Shown: one piece after another, positions 41,936 to 55,842 of the stretch
How positions within the stretch are numbered: the stretch's first letter is position 1
How the letters are laid out: each line of letters starts with the position of its first letter
From: the human T2T-CHM13v2.0 reference genome, Homo sapiens
DNA length: 64,000 nt
Strand: one strand, 5' to 3'
Assembly: GCF_009914755.1 (NCBI RefSeq)
Contig: NC_060929.1
Position numbers and translations under genes: made by a program
Notes under the pieces: model-generated
Databases searched by the model: none
Told to the model about the DNA's origin: nothing
Seen by the model: the letters and a program-made list of their open reading frames with translations, nothing else

Positions 41936-43990
41936 TTAAATTTTATTTTTCAACTAAGTTTGATAGTCTCAGTTTTTTACTTGAAGCATTGAATCCATTT
42001 ACATGTAATGAAATTACTATATGAAATTACTATATAGGTAATGAAATTACATGTAATTAAATTACTACTACTATATATAGTAGTTTATATATATTATCTT
42101 ATTTGTTTCCATTTAATCCAACTGTTTTATATACCACTTTCTTCTCTTTTCTCACCACCTTTTGGATCAATCGAATATTTCAATTATTATATCTTCTTCA
42201 GCTCATTATTTTAACATTATTTTTAAATTATTTGAGTGATTACAATATAAAATATGTCAGGTATCACTGACTGATTTCAGGCTATTACAAATGTTTTTCT
42301 ACATTTTTCCTGATAATGTTATCTTAAAACACTTTAAATTTGCCCCTCCCATTTTTTTGTTACCACTCTTATGCATTTTAATTGTACATCATTTTTAAAT
42401 CCTAAAGATTATTTTATATAATCAATATTAAATTATATTATCCATCCATTCTTTTTTTTCTGTGTTCAAAATTTAGCAAATACCCTTCATTTCCATGTTT
42501 CTGTCTGGGATCACTTGCTTTCTGCATAAAGAAATTCTGTTAATTTTTAATCTTAAGGCATGCTGCTTATGGCATTCTCTCAAGTTTGATTTTTCTAAAA
42601 AATATTTTTTAACTATATTTTTCTTGGGATAGAATTCTAAGTTGGAAGTGTGTTTGTTTGTTTGTTTGTTTCAGCACTTTAAAGTTGTCACTCCATTCTC
42701 CCCTGTTCCTGTTGATATTGTTGCACCTTTGAAGGTCGAGTGCCTTTTTTCTCAAGCTGCTTTTCTTCCTCTCTTTGGTTTTTGGCAGTTTTATTTCTAC
42801 ATGTCTAGTTAATTTTTGTGACCTGTTTGGGGTTCACAACTCTTCTTGAATCTGTGAGTTAATGTTTTTCATCAATTTGGGGGGGAGGAAATTGTCTCTT
42901 TTGATGTTGCTTCTGTTTCTTTTCTCTCTTCTCTTTTCAGCATTCCAAATGAATACATGTGTTTTAGAACTTTCAATTGTGGTCCATATGCACCTAATGA
43001 TTATTTGTGTACTTCACTTCTTTTTCTGTTTGTTTTAGCTTATGTATTTTCTTAGCTTATAGGTAGCTCCTCAATCCTATCTTCTACTCTTCTAATCTGC
43101 TACCAAATTCATCTGAGTTATTAATTCTCCTCATTGTACTTTTCAGTTTGACAATTTCCAGTTGATTCTTTTCGTAGAGCTTAATTATCTAAGCAGGTTT
43201 TTTAATCTTTTCTTCTGTTTTATCTCTTTTCATCCATTTCTTCAACCTGTGAGTCAGTTACTGTACAGTCATTTATTAATTATAATATCTGGGTCATGTT
43301 TGGATCTATTTTCATTTTCTGTTTTTTCTCTTGATTATAATTAATAATAGTCACCTTTGCATTGACTGAACTGAGTTGAGGCTGGGTTTCAGCTTTGAAA
43401 AGGCTCAATCTTCCTCTGTTCATACAACAAGTTCTCCAGGGGTTTCATCTGAGAGCATGGTACATTTGCTGTGTCCCCTCTCCCTAGAAAGTCCTAAAGT
43501 CTAATCATTATCTCCTCAGCAGTCTGAGACTAACAAAAATTCAGCTCTTCTTTTCAGATTTCTTTGCTTGTGTTTTTAGCCTCTATCACTGCATAGTTTC
43601 AAAATTTGGCAAATAATTTGAGGGTGAAGCAGCCCCATTCTCCTTTAATCTCCAATTTTCTCACTTTGTTCTTTGGAGTCCATCATAAGCCCTGCTCTTT
43701 TCTCTGATACCGATTTTTCTGTTTGGTTTATAACCATTGTATTCATCTTCTTGCCTACACCAAGAATTATTATATGCACCCAGGGAAAAGCTAGCTGCAG
43801 AATGTCGGACTACCTCTCCATGATTTTCCCTTTTCTGGAATATTAACTCTTCTAGTTCTTGTTGCTTCAGCAGTTCTCTGATATAAACCTTTAATAAATT
43901 ATTTTTATATTTGATTAATTCATTCTAGTTGTTGTTTTATATTTGGTCCACTCCTAGCATTGGTGTGCCATGGCCACTCCAATCTATCTA
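41936..43990 (-). mobile_element. Continuation of the old L1M element (ORF1/5' region), highly degenerate
   Basis: T-rich antisense L1 motifs: ttcagcactttaaagttgtcactccatt, tttggggttcac...ttcttgaatctgtgagttaatgtttttcatcaatttgg. Confidence 0.65.
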
Positions 43991-44104
43991 GAAGCTTATA
44001 ATTTTATTTTATTTTCACAGAGAGAATAACTTTTCTTTAAAAACAAAAGTATACCTTCAGTTAGTTCTAGGTACAAGGGGATCAAATCAGTGTTTCTATG
44101 TAAA

Positions 44105-44392
44105 ATTATTATTATTATTATTTTTGAGACGGAATCTCACTCTTATTGCCCAGGATGGAGTGCAGTGGCGCAATCTCGGCTCAACGAAACCTCTGCCTTC
44201 TGGGTTCAAGCAATTCTCCTGCCTCAGCCTTCCCGGATAGCTGGGATTACAGGCATGCGCCAACATGTCTGGCTAATTTTGTATTTTTAGTAGAGATGGG
44301 GTTTCTCCATGTTGGTCAGGCTGGTGTGTTGATCCGCCCATCTTGGCCTCCCAAAGTGCTGGGATTACAGGCATGAGCCACCGCTCCTGTCC
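44105..44392 (-). mobile_element. AluSp-like SINE with a small internal deletion and an (ATT)n tail
   Basis: tcttattgccc, ggcatgcgcc, gtttctccatgttggtcagg diagnostics; taaaatt on both flanks. Confidence 0.93.
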
Positions 44393-45379
44393 TTAAAATT
44401 TTTTTTTATTGGAATATCTTCTCAATAACAGGTGCTATTTTTAAATGTGAGTAGAACAAAAGAATTAGAAATATCTGAGAATATTGACTTTGCTGTCAAA
44501 ATTTTATTCATTTTATATAGGAATCTGTTTTTTAATAAAATGTGGCTAAAGATATTGACTTGGGTGATGTGCATTTTTACATTCCAGAATCTACTCAATG
44601 AGAACATAATAAAATATAATTCATAACAAAAACATGCCAATCAAAAAAATTTAACAAACATAATATCAAATTGATTGTTACTCCTGGTAGCACACTGCTA
44701 ATAATTCTTGTTTTTTGTATCAGCAATACTGAGCTATTCCTCAGACAGGTGAAGGAAATAGTAAGATTCTAGACCATTTAGAAGTTTCCAGGGGCAATGG
44801 ATCATGCTGCATGCATCTTCTTCTGTCAAGAAAAAGGCAAAGCTTAAGATATTCTTGGGCCTCATGGCCTATTGAAAACATATTGTGAGTTGTTTCAAAA
44901 AAGATTCAAGATGTCTTACAAAAATAGAAATTGAAAATTTGTTATAAAGAGTGGAAGCTATCAGGGCAAAGAAACAATAAAAAGAAGATAATTAGATGAA
45001 GCTAGGGATAAAGTAATATTCACTATTAGGGTCAATATAAGTGAGCCATGCAATATATTAATTGCTATGCTTCATTTAGACAAATAAATAATCATTTTGT
45101 CTCCTTTATTAAGATATTGCTCAACCAATCAATTGAAATATACAATCAAAAGATGTTTCATTTCACTGGGTTTGAAGAAAGAGATTCCTAAATAAACTGG
45201 GAGGTGATCTTTATGATTACCTCCAACATCATGATTTTATGACTCAGGCCAATTCTAAAGGCAAGTGGAATTAACACCAGTGAGATTTGCTATGAAGGAC
45301 TTTCTGTTCCATATGGATTTCTTCTACTACAAAATCTCCTTCTCCCCAGACCTTTTCTACATTGTACAATCTATTATAC

Positions 45380-45614
45380 CAGGGGCTGGCGAATATTTTC
45401 TGTCTTTACAGAAAATGACCCAATAGTGAATATTTTGGACTTCTTGGGGACATACGGTCTTGCCAGAATTACCGAACTCTGCCACTGTATCAAAAACAGC
45501 TATGGATGATACATTAAAAAATGAGTGTGACTGTACTTCATAATAAATACAACTTTATTTACAAAAGCAGACAAAGGCTGAATTTGGTCCACAGGCATTG
45601 TTTGCCAACCTCTG
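45380..45614 (-). mobile_element. MER58A hAT MITE, complete
   Basis: TIRs caggggctggcgaa ... tttgccaacctctg; actttatttacaaaagcag...gctgaatttggtccacagg. Confidence 0.85.
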
Positions 45615-45820
45615 CTTTAGACCAAGATTGTGTTTCACAAAATGTTCCACAGTACTCCAAGCAGAGATGCCCCCGGAACCTACCTCGAAATGTCTTTAAT
45701 ACCTTGTATTTTATTCTTAAAAGGCATTATAATTGTGCATTCTACTTTATAATAATAAAATTCAATAATAATGTACAGATATTTCAAGTTTTTCACATTA
45801 TAAACTAAAATGTTTGCTAC

Positions 45821-46430
45821 TGGTATAGTAAGAAATTTGTTCTTGCCATGAGAGACGGCTGGCCTTTCCTCTCAGCTTCTGGGAGGTACCTTATGTCATA
45901 CTTCGTTAGAAGTGTCTTTGCTTGGGTGGGGACTCTCCAGGCCAGGAAGACCAGCCATGTGATTTAGGCTGGGGGCTTGAGGTCACACATTCTCAGTTAA
46001 CTTAGATACTGAGTTTTACTGTGTGGGTAATCAATCAATCATATCTATGTAGTGAAGCCTCAATAAAAACTCTAAACTTTGAAGCTTATGTGAGTGTCCC
46101 TGTTTGGCAATACTCTATGCATATGACCCCCCAGCAATTCCAGGAGAATAAGTCATCCAAACTCCATAGGAGAGGACAACAGAAGCTTCACATTTGGAAT
46201 CCTCCCAGACTCTGCACTATGTGTATCTTTCTTTGGTCAATTTTAATCTGTATCCTTTCCTGTAGCAAGCAATAATGATCACTATGACAATTTTTAGTGA
46301 GTTCTTCAAGCCCTTTTGAATTACCGAACCAGAGGTGGTTTGGGGAACCCTCCCAAACTTGCAGTTTGGTGTCGAAATTAAGGTTGTTTGTACAGAACTG
46401 TGCCCTCATACGTTGTAGTTTGGCTAACTC
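45821..46430 (+). mobile_element. MER77-like solo LTR
   Basis: tggtatagtaagaaatttg...tggcctttcctctcagcttctgggaggta...caatcaatcatatctatgtagtgaagcctcaataaaaactct...ggagaggacaacagaagctt. Confidence 0.8.
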
Positions 46431-46889
46431 CAGGCACTTCTATATTATTTTGTGCTTTATTCTGCCTCTGGTTTACACCATCTTATATCTGGTAATTCAC
46501 AAAGCCTAGTTGAGAAGTAGAGGATAATGAAAATTAAGATCCCTAGTAAATACATACCTGTGGTTTAGAAAGATAATGCCTATTATCAATTTAGCATTCC
46601 TAATTATTAACTTTAACTCAAATCACACCATCAGAAGGCTCTATAAGATGGTTCCTGACTCTTGCCTACCAATTTCAGTGAACCACCAACAAGCCCAGGG
46701 AAATGGGTTATAAGTAACCACCCATTCATTTACAGTTAGTTGAGACATCTTAATAATCTGATTTCAATATGTACCAATATTTTGATGAAGCTATTAAAAA
46801 TATAAACATTTTAGCAGCCATCCATATATGACTCTCCACAAAAGTTAATTAGCCTCAATGTATATTAACTCTTCAGATCTACGTGATTT

Positions 46890-47283
46890 GTTGCAGTCAA
46901 TTTGGGGCACCATATTTTAAGGGAGTTATAATATAAACTAAACTGTACACCAAAGAGAGTGCAGAGGAGGGTTAGTAAATTTAAAACACATCTAAAAAAT
47001 TGAAAATACTGGGAATGGCAAAGATGAAACATTTGTGAATAATAGCAGTCAGCAAACAAAAGATGATTTTGTAGAAGAAGAAGTTAATTATTTTCTCCAT
47101 TCCTCTGCAGAACAATAAAAGAACAAAGATGAATAAGTGAAAATAAAAAGAATTATCCATTTTAGATCAAATTTCTAAACATCTTTTAACCATCTAGAAC
47201 CTTCCAACAATGGAATGTGTTGCTTTATGAAGCTATACTCTTTTTTTCATTGAAGGTATTCAAGCAGAGTCTGAATTATCTCC
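46890..47283 (+). mobile_element. L3/CR1 fragment; its 3' end probably resumes at ~48161-48220
   Basis: gtcaatttggggcaccatattttaaggga...; ccaacaatggaatgtgttgc...cattgaaggtattcaagcagag. Confidence 0.7.
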
Positions 47284-47292
47284 ATTGCATGA

Positions 47293-47510
47293 CTTATTCA
47301 TTAAATAAATATTTATAAAGGACATATTATGTCCAAGGCCCTATGCTAAGACTATGGGAGTAGCAAAGATGAATCAGACTAAATACTTCCCAGATAGTGG
47401 AGGTAAGACTTGAACTAAATAATCAGAATACAAGGTAGAAGAAAAAGTGTCCTTAGAGATGTACAGCTAAAGCTGTACAGGAATGAAGAGGAGGGAGGCA
47501 TGACTTTCAG
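47293..47510 (-). mobile_element. L2 3' fragment
   Basis: ttattcattaaataaatatttat...tatgtccaaggccctatgctaag...aaagatgaatcagac. Confidence 0.75.
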
Positions 47511-47529
47511 TTCATGGATGTTGGAGAAG

Positions 47530-48161
47530 TGTTTTCTCCACTACAATCTATTCCCGACAGAGCAGCAAAACCTCTGTTCATATCACACCCTTGTTCAAAC
47601 TCTTCAACAGATTTTGTAACACATAGAATAAATACAGAGTTGTGTTTATTGTATTGGCTTCTAAAATTGGATGTAATCTGGCTTCTGCCTACATCCCCAG
47701 TCTCATGCATCTGCCACAGTAGTCTTTCTGATTCTGTAACATGCCCAGCTCATTCCTTCTAAGACCTTTCCATTTGTCATTAGTCAGCTCATCTGCTGAA
47801 CGCTTCAGTCCCAGATCTTGGTGTGGTTGGTGATTTCTTATTTTCTAGTTTTCAGCTCCCATGCCATTTCCTCTATCAGGCCATCCTGGACCACCCTATC
47901 TCAATTAGCTGAGCGTGTCTTCCTTTATCCCCTATCTCTCTAGAGCTCTTACCATTTTATTTTCTTCCTAGTACTACCAAGATCTGATATTGTCCTTGCT
48001 CTTCTTCATTTATTTATAAGTTGCCTGTCATCTGGGTCTACCAACTACAACTTAACAAGAGTAAGAATTTGTAGATCTTGTTTGCTGCTGTTTTTCCAAC
48101 ATCCAGATTAGAACATATAATAAGCATTCAGTAAATACGTATTAAAGGTTGACTGAATGAA
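47530..48161 (+). mobile_element. L2 3' ~0.6 kb
   Basis: tcatatcacacccttgttcaaactcttcaa...tctggcttctgcctac...gcattcagtaaatacgtattaaaggttgactgaatgaa. Confidence 0.8.
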
Positions 48162-48606
48162 GAGTTTTTTGCACAGGATAGGAGTTCAGACAAGAACCAA
48201 GATTCTTTAACTCTTTCTAACTTATATTTTGTGAAATGAGTCTCAATGTGATAAGTCTCAATGATAATGTCTCTCAGCCAGGTCACCCCATTTGATCACC
48301 TCTGGAATTTTGGGCATTGCTTTTCTCCTGCTCTACAGACACATTCTCCAACTTTCAGGCTCAAAGGAAGAGGTATCCTTAAGTGATTCTTTTCTGAGTC
48401 TTTCTGAATCATGATTAACTTTTTTTCGTACATTACTAACATCTTTTCTAACAGGTCATACTTTTTTATAAGTTCTTTTGGTATTATTTTCTAATTGCTT
48501 TTGTTTGATAGAGATGTAAGATAGCCTATATCAGTGCTATTCACTGAAACAATGCAAGCCACATTTGTAATTTTCTAGTAGCCACATTAAAACGTGGTAA
48601 AAAGAA

Positions 48607-48871
<265 letters not shown>

Positions 48872-49419
48872 AAAATGTGGTAAAAAGAAAAAAGCTGAAA
48901 TTACTTTTAGTAATATATTTCAGTTTAGCCTAATATGTCTGAAATATTATCACTGTAACACGTAATCTATAAAAATTGTTAATGACATCTTTTACATAAA
49001 GTTGTTTAATGGAAAATTATTTTGCAATGCTTCAATGTTAATATTTAAAGTAGTTAAAGTTCAATAAAATTAAAAATTCAATTCCTAAGTCATACTAGCC
49101 ATACCTCAAGTGCACAATTAACCATGTACAGCTAGTAGGTACACATACTATCTGATTAAATGATAGACACAATGGTGCAGGAACTTGTACCTTCAACTAT
49201 TCAAAGCATTCAGTAGTTAATTTTGTAGGTAGGTAAATTAATGAATTGGACACTCTTTACTTTTTAATCAACAAATGAGAAAACATAAATGAATTATTTA
49301 CATTGTTTATACAAGTGTGTATTTAATTACTGGCATTGGGAATTGGCATTAATAAAAGCAAAAACAGCACTAGAAAGTAAAAATACTGGTAAGATTAATG
49401 AATGTCTTGAGACCATGCT

Positions 49420-49774
49420 TGTGTTAGTCAGTTTTCATGCTGCTGATAAAGACATATCCGAGACTGGGAAAAAAAAGAAGTTTAATTAGATTTACAGTTC
49501 CATATGGCCGGGGAGGCCTTGGAACCATGACAGGATGTAAAAGGCACTTCTTACACGGCAGCGGCAAGAGAAAATGAGGAAGATGCAAAAGCAGAAACCC
49601 CTGATAAAACCATCAGATCTCATAAGACTTATTCACTACCACAAGAACAGTATGGGGGAAACTGCCCCCATGATTCATATTATCTCCTACTCGGTCCCTC
49701 CCACAATACGTGGGAATTATGGGAGTACAATTCAAGATGAGATTTGGGTGGGGACACAGAGCCAAACCATATCA
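49420..49774 (-). mobile_element. THE1A-like solo LTR (ERVL-MaLR)
   Basis: tgtgttagtcagttttcatgctgctgataaagacata...gatttgggtggggacacagagccaaaccatatca; perfect 5-bp TSD atgct at 49415-49419 and 49775-49779. Confidence 0.95.
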
Positions 49775-50269
49775 ATGCTGTTGTGGTAGAAGTAAATGTT
49801 TCCTATGCATAAAGCAAACTTTAATCATGGGGAGAATTATCTCAGGGCTGTCCTAAGCCTCTGAAGATTGTGTTTCTTTTCTTAAACATACTAGAAGCTC
49901 TGTTATGCACAGTGGGAGTGAGCTGTAGAAAAGGCTGCCACCTCCCCTTTGTGATAAGAACAATCTCTTACCACTCCTGCATCATTGCTTTCATGTGAGC
50001 CTCTATTAAAAAAAATTTATAAAATAAATAAATTCATACATGCATATATACATACATAAATAGAAGAGGAAATGAAGGAAAATAAAAATTAAAGTAGAAT
50101 AATAAAATGACATTTCAAAGGAAATTAATAAAATATTCTAAAACCTAATGAGATAACCACAAGAATTTTAAAACAAAAAGAGCTTAAACACATTTGATTT
50201 TTTTTTTAAGTCACAAAAAACTTGAGTAACCAAAATAAAGAAATCAAAACTTTTTAAAACTTGAAAGGA

Positions 50270-50588
50270 GGTTGAGTGTGATGGCTCATGCCTGTAGTCC
50301 CAGGACTTTGGGAGGCCAAGGTGGGTGCATCACCTGAGCTCAGGAGTTCAAGACAAACCTGGGCAACATGAAGAAACCCCATCGCTACAAAAAATACAAA
50401 AATTAGCCAGGTGTGGTGGTGCATGCCTATAGTCCCTGACACGCAGGGGGCTGAGGTGGGAGGATCACTGAGCCTGGGAGGTCGAGGCTGCAGTGAGCCA
50501 TGATCACACCACTGTATTCCAGCCTGAGCAACAGAACAAAACCCTGTTTCGAAATATAAAAACAAAAAAAAAAGAGAGAGAGAGAGAG
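50270..50588 (+). mobile_element. AluJ(b)-like SINE, tail decayed to (AG)n
   Basis: ggaggatcactgagcctgggaggtcgaggctgcagtgagccatgatc J-type right arm. Confidence 0.93.
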
Positions 50589-50664
50589 GAAGAAAATATA
50601 AACCTTAGGACTGTGGGAAAAAACAAAAATATTAAATAAAAATAAGACTATTTCTATCATAATA

Positions 50665-50780
50665 ATAGTTCCCATTTATTTAGCACCTACCATGTGCCAG
50701 GCACCATATTAACTCCTTTTTCTACAACAAATCCTGTGTAATATTTTCATTTTAGAGATGATGAAATTAAGACTCAGAAG
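50665..50780 (-). mobile_element. MIR fragment
   Basis: catttatttagcacctaccatgtgccaggcacc...atttagagatgatgaaattaagactcaga. Confidence 0.75.
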
Positions 50781-50891
50781 CTACCAGCAATTCACACTGC
50801 AAAGGAGAACTAAAATTGGAAGGTGAAAATATTCAGCATGTGTTTTTTCTAAATAGATTTTTTAAGAAATGTATATTTTATTAAAGGATGG

Positions 50892-51279
50892 TGCTATTGT
50901 TTAAAGTATTATGTGTCAACCCAAAATTCATAAACTGAAACTTAAATTCTGATGTGATAGTGTTTATTAAGAGGTAGGAACTTTAGAAGGTGATTAAATC
51001 TTGAGGGTGGAGGCCTCATAAATGGGGTTGGCAACCTTATAAAAGGGTTGGAGGGAACTAGCTAGGCTCCTTTTGCTCTTCTGTCACTTTTGCCATGTGA
51101 GGACACAGCATTCAAGGAACCATCTTGGAAGTGGAGACCAGGCCCTCATTAGACACTGAATTTGCTCACTCCTTGATCATGGACTTTCAGCCTCGAAGAC
51201 TGTGAAAAATAAATTTCTGTTCTGTATAAATTATCCAGTCTCAGGTATATTGTTACAGGAGCATGAAAACACTAAGACA
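50892..51279 (+). mobile_element. MST (MSTC/D-like) solo LTR (ERVL-MaLR)
   Basis: TG...CA ends (tgctattgttt...actaagaca); gccatgtgaggacacagc; aataaa; perfect 5-bp TSD gatgg at 50887-50891 and 51280-51284. Confidence 0.93.
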
Positions 51280-54200
51280 GATGGCTTGACTTTGAAAGAA
51301 GTAGAAACAAAAATGTGTATTATGAGAAAATAATTTCTACCCTCATAGTCCCTTCCACGCACAGGGACTGTGCTGAACTGATTGCAGCCCTGGCAAAGAG
51401 GTAACTCCTAGTCAGGCAGAGGTCCTTGCTCTTCTCTGAGGCTATAGGACATAAAGATGTATGAGAATATCTTTATGCCTGCTCACTAATGCCTACTCAG
51501 TCCTTCTCTAACATTTCTGCCATTTTTACAATTCTGCAAATGTACAGGAAATGTTTCCTCAAATTTGTACCTTATTTTGCATAGCTATACCTGTCTTCAA
51601 AAAAAAAAAAAGGTGTTTGTGGCATCGTATAAAGAACAATGTCTTACAGGAGAGAAGGGTGAATTTTAGTCTCAATTCTGTAAGAATGTCGATGGGACCC
51701 CTCTAGTCACAGCAGGAATTCAGAAAGTTCCTTTTCCTCAACCCTCACTAGAAATGCAATTTGAAATGTAATCCTCAAATTGGTTTTTGGAAACAAACAG
51801 GATAAAAATTATAAGTAAATTGAAAATAAATAACTCATGAAAAATAAGCTGTACTCTTAGAAATTGTAAAATGAGATTCTTAAGTGCTAACCTTAGCCTT
51901 TGCTAATTGGTAAGAAAAATGAAAAAAACAATAGCTAGTCTATTTTCTATGCAATCTTTGGGTCTACGGTGGGTGGGGGGAGCCTCTCTGCATAAGTCAG
52001 TATAAATATTCTGGATCAGCTTAGAAGGAATACATTTTATTAGCTACGGCTGCACAGTAGATTGATGAGACTATCCCTTAAGACAATCCAATTCCCTTTA
52101 CTCAACCTTGAGATTTCTCACACTTGCCTGATCATTGCAATTACTTTGGCTTTTTTGGAAGTTCTTCTCTGATAGGTCTGAGCTGTGACACAGATCTATA
52201 TTTGTCATAAGCACCCTGGAAATACTTAGGATCAGGTTAGTTTGAGCTTCCTGCTTCACAGTGCAAAAGCTGTCTTCTAATGTTAATTTGGTTCCTGAGA
52301 TTCTTTCCTTCTAAAAAGGATAAAGGCTCTCCAGCTGTCACAAGTATTCTAGTCTGTTTGGTAATCCTATTTCTCAATGGAAAAAAAAAAAAAAAGATTC
52401 TGTCTGTAAATTAGTTTTAGCTTTGTTTCTGTAAATGAGCACCAGAACCTCAGCCAGTTGCCCCTGTGTAAACTGAGAAAACTGTCATTAACACTGCAAC
52501 TACATCAGGCTAGAAGTGGCTCCACCAAGACCATCACTTGTACGGCTTTACCCGAAATAGTCTACTGGCTTTTACCTTTTCATTTAAACAACTTAAATTT
52601 CTGATATAAAAACTAAACAAGAATTAAATAATACTTTGGTATACACACAGCTTCCATGTATACAATTTCTGAAGACCAGAAGAAAAACAAGTAGTAAAAT
52701 GAGGAAGGTCTCCCTGGAGTCCTTTCTCCATCCCCAAACACAGCAAGACAGCTTTATCCTCTTCCACATCATCCTTTACTCTTCCATCTAGTTTTCCACA
52801 AAAGATTCTCTTGGTATTCAGCTTCCTATACTAAGCTGCCTTCATCTATTTGCAAAGTCTTTTTCAGGGTGGTTTAGCCATTTGTCCTCCAAATGTGTTG
52901 TCCCTGGACAATGTTGTTCTGCTCCTTTCTGACACCGACCCTACCCTACGTTCTGCCATATTAAAGTGATTTCTAACAAGTATTGTAAACAGTAGATAAG
53001 AGCCAAATATTATCAGAGGGGGCATTATTACACTTTTTATTTGAAATCATAAAATCTTATCTTTGCTTTCTCACAAGAATGCCATTATCTCCATTTCCCA
53101 CATGGGGAAACAGATCCAGAAAAATCAAGTGACTGGCCTCCTTCAAATCAGTAGCAACCCTGGAACTGGTGTTTATACATTTCTACTTCATTGTGCTCTC
53201 CAGTCAGCCCATGTGCCTGTCATTAAAATATTATTTCATTCAAGGATTATTTGCTCTTTCTTCCTGATCGTTAATAAAGACATTAAACAAAACCAGACCT
53301 CATGCTGACCCTATAGTCAACACATTGCCCTGCGTCATTAGGATTTGTCCTCCAGCCAGTTCTCAGTCCATGTGACAGAGCACACAGCAAAGCCAATGCT
53401 AATTAGGTTGGCAAATAAGATTTATTGAGATACTGTATCAAATGGGTTACAAAAATATAAATATATGTGTGTTAAGGTACATTCATTGTGCTCAGTAAGT
53501 TTTTAATTCTATTGAAAAAGCTATCAAGTCTGTCTGGCACTATTTGTCTTTATAAATCTATTCTTTTATAGCAGAGCTCTTTTAGCTCTTTTGATTCCAT
53601 TATCCTCTGTGTTTCAATCTTAACAGTGGTTTCTGTTATTTTTTAAAAGAAATGATTTCACAATAGGAATTCAAACACAGATTCTTTATTCCAAGATGAT
53701 TACTAATAAAATTAACAACAATTAATCCCATTGAAGCATACCAGGCCAAAGAGAATTGTTGACATCTTATTAAGTGTCCTGGGACCAGAATGAGGATTTC
53801 TGATTTCCAGTTCTCCTCCCTAGCAATAAACAGCATGGTTTAGGACCAGAATTATAATGCCTTAGAAAAAGCTTATAGAACTGTGCTTATAATTATGTCC
53901 TCCAAATGGAACAACTCCCATTCACATGTCTGATTTTTAGACTTGTTTTTCTATGGATTCCACTCCACTGTGTGTACTTACTTGTCCTAGAATTTCTCGT
54001 ACAATGCTGCATATCAATCTTTGTTGAAATAGTGTAAAACTTTACCTACACATTTTTCTCCCTGTTTAAACCATATGTTTTATACAGTTCAATAAAATTC
54101 TTCTATCTTTTAGTGAAAATTTGAAATATCATAAAAGGCTAGGAAATTCCATTTAAACTAAAGTCAAAGTGGTCTCCTGATGACTGCTGCAAAGCATATT

Positions 54201-55399
54201 TTATATAAATGGAAATTGGGTCAGCTATGAATTAAATTAACAACCACCATATTTCCTTAACCACAATTGCATAACCTTATGTCCAGCATGTTCACAGCTG
54301 AGGACTTTACCACTGACTTACAAAAAAAAAAATGCTATGCACATAAAGTTTTTGCCCGGTCTTTTAAAAAGTTTCTTTCTGGGCAGGCTTCTTATTTTTG
54401 CTACAGTTCTGAGCCATTTCACTAGGACCATACACTGTACATATGTTCCAGGTAACATGAACTTTAAAATTGTAGTATCTATTAATGACAATTACCATTC
54501 TAGAAAATAATATCTAATTTAAAATTTGAGTATTACTTAGAAAGCTCTCTGCTAATTAATGGCTCTCTTCATTGTGAGAGTAATAATGTATTTAGATTTT
54601 TAATAAAGTATAATATATGATATTTTAAAGGATTGAAATTTGCATGGAAGGGAAAGAACTACATTGTAGCATTGGGTGCATTGGGTGAGGAGATCTTATA
54701 TATAAATTGTCTACTAAAGGAATTCTATAACTTTACTTTTTGAAATATATATGGATCACTTTATATGTGAAGTATGAACTCATTCTTTGATAATTGCAAG
54801 TATAGCAGCAATTGTGACTGAATATTTAGTATTATCAATTAATATGAATTTATATCACTTAAAGAAAAATGAAGCATATTCATATTTGAAGAGTTGCCTG
54901 TGGAGTCCCACTCCAATAGTTGAGTTTGCTTTTTTACCTCAAGGACATTCTGCACTGGCAAGTTTACAGTTGCCCTAGACCGAAAAAGACCAGGGTGCTT
55001 TATTATTAGCAAAAAAAATTGTGTATATGTGTTTTCCTTTAAAGGTATCAGCTCCTACAAGAACAAACTTGTAAACCTGTTTCTGAGTTTACTCCTATGT
55101 GCCAATAAAATGGCTTTCTCTAAGTTGATTCTTTCGAATTTTTGTGTCATCATTTTTTTTTGGCTGTTGAAGTATTCAAATTAAATATTCATATAACTAT
55201 TTACATGCAAACATGAATGTAATTTCATAGAAACTGATAATATCAGAACCTGATTCAGAATGCAATTTACATCTTAAGTAACATGGTATCACTATTGATT
55301 AATATTTGTTTACAAGTTTCATGAAGGTATGATAGGGAAAGGAAAGTGATTTACATTTCACATTCTGTGAGCAGAAGTATCTTATGAAAGAACAAGCGC

Positions 55400-55640
55400 T
55401 AATATTTTTTAGCATTTCCTAGGCTTTGCTCTGTGCTAAGTACATTACATACATAACTGTTATCACTGTATCCTCACAACAACATATCTCTGTGGCAAAG
55501 TCTATTTTTAGCCTCATTTCACAGATGGGTAATATGAGGCAGAGAGAGGTTAAGTAATTTACCCGAAGTACACAGCCAGAAAGTAGGATTTGAACACAAG
55601 GAGTCCTACACAGAGCCCTCATGCTTGAGCTCATGCTACC
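55400..55640 (-). mobile_element. MIR
   Basis: ctgtgctaagtac...atcctcacaacaac...cctcatttcacagatggg...tgaggcagagagaggttaagtaatttacccgaagtacacagccag. Confidence 0.88.
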
Positions 55641-55656
55641 AGAAAATAACGTAGAT

Positions 55657-55842
55657 CAGTGGTTCTCAGACAAGAGCAGGGATTAGAATCACCTGGAGGG
55701 CTTACCAAAACAGACTACCTGGCCTCATCCTCAGAGTTTTCAGTACAGTAGATCTGGTCTGAGATCTGAGAATTTGAATTTCTAACAAGTTTCCAGGTGG
55801 TGTGGTGCTGCTGGTTTGGGGGTCACACTTTGGGAACCACAG
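55657..55842 (-). mobile_element. MER5A hAT MITE
   Basis: TIRs cagtggttctca...tgggaaccacag; ttagaatcacctggagggctt; TSD-like acgtagat/atgtaaat. Confidence 0.9.
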
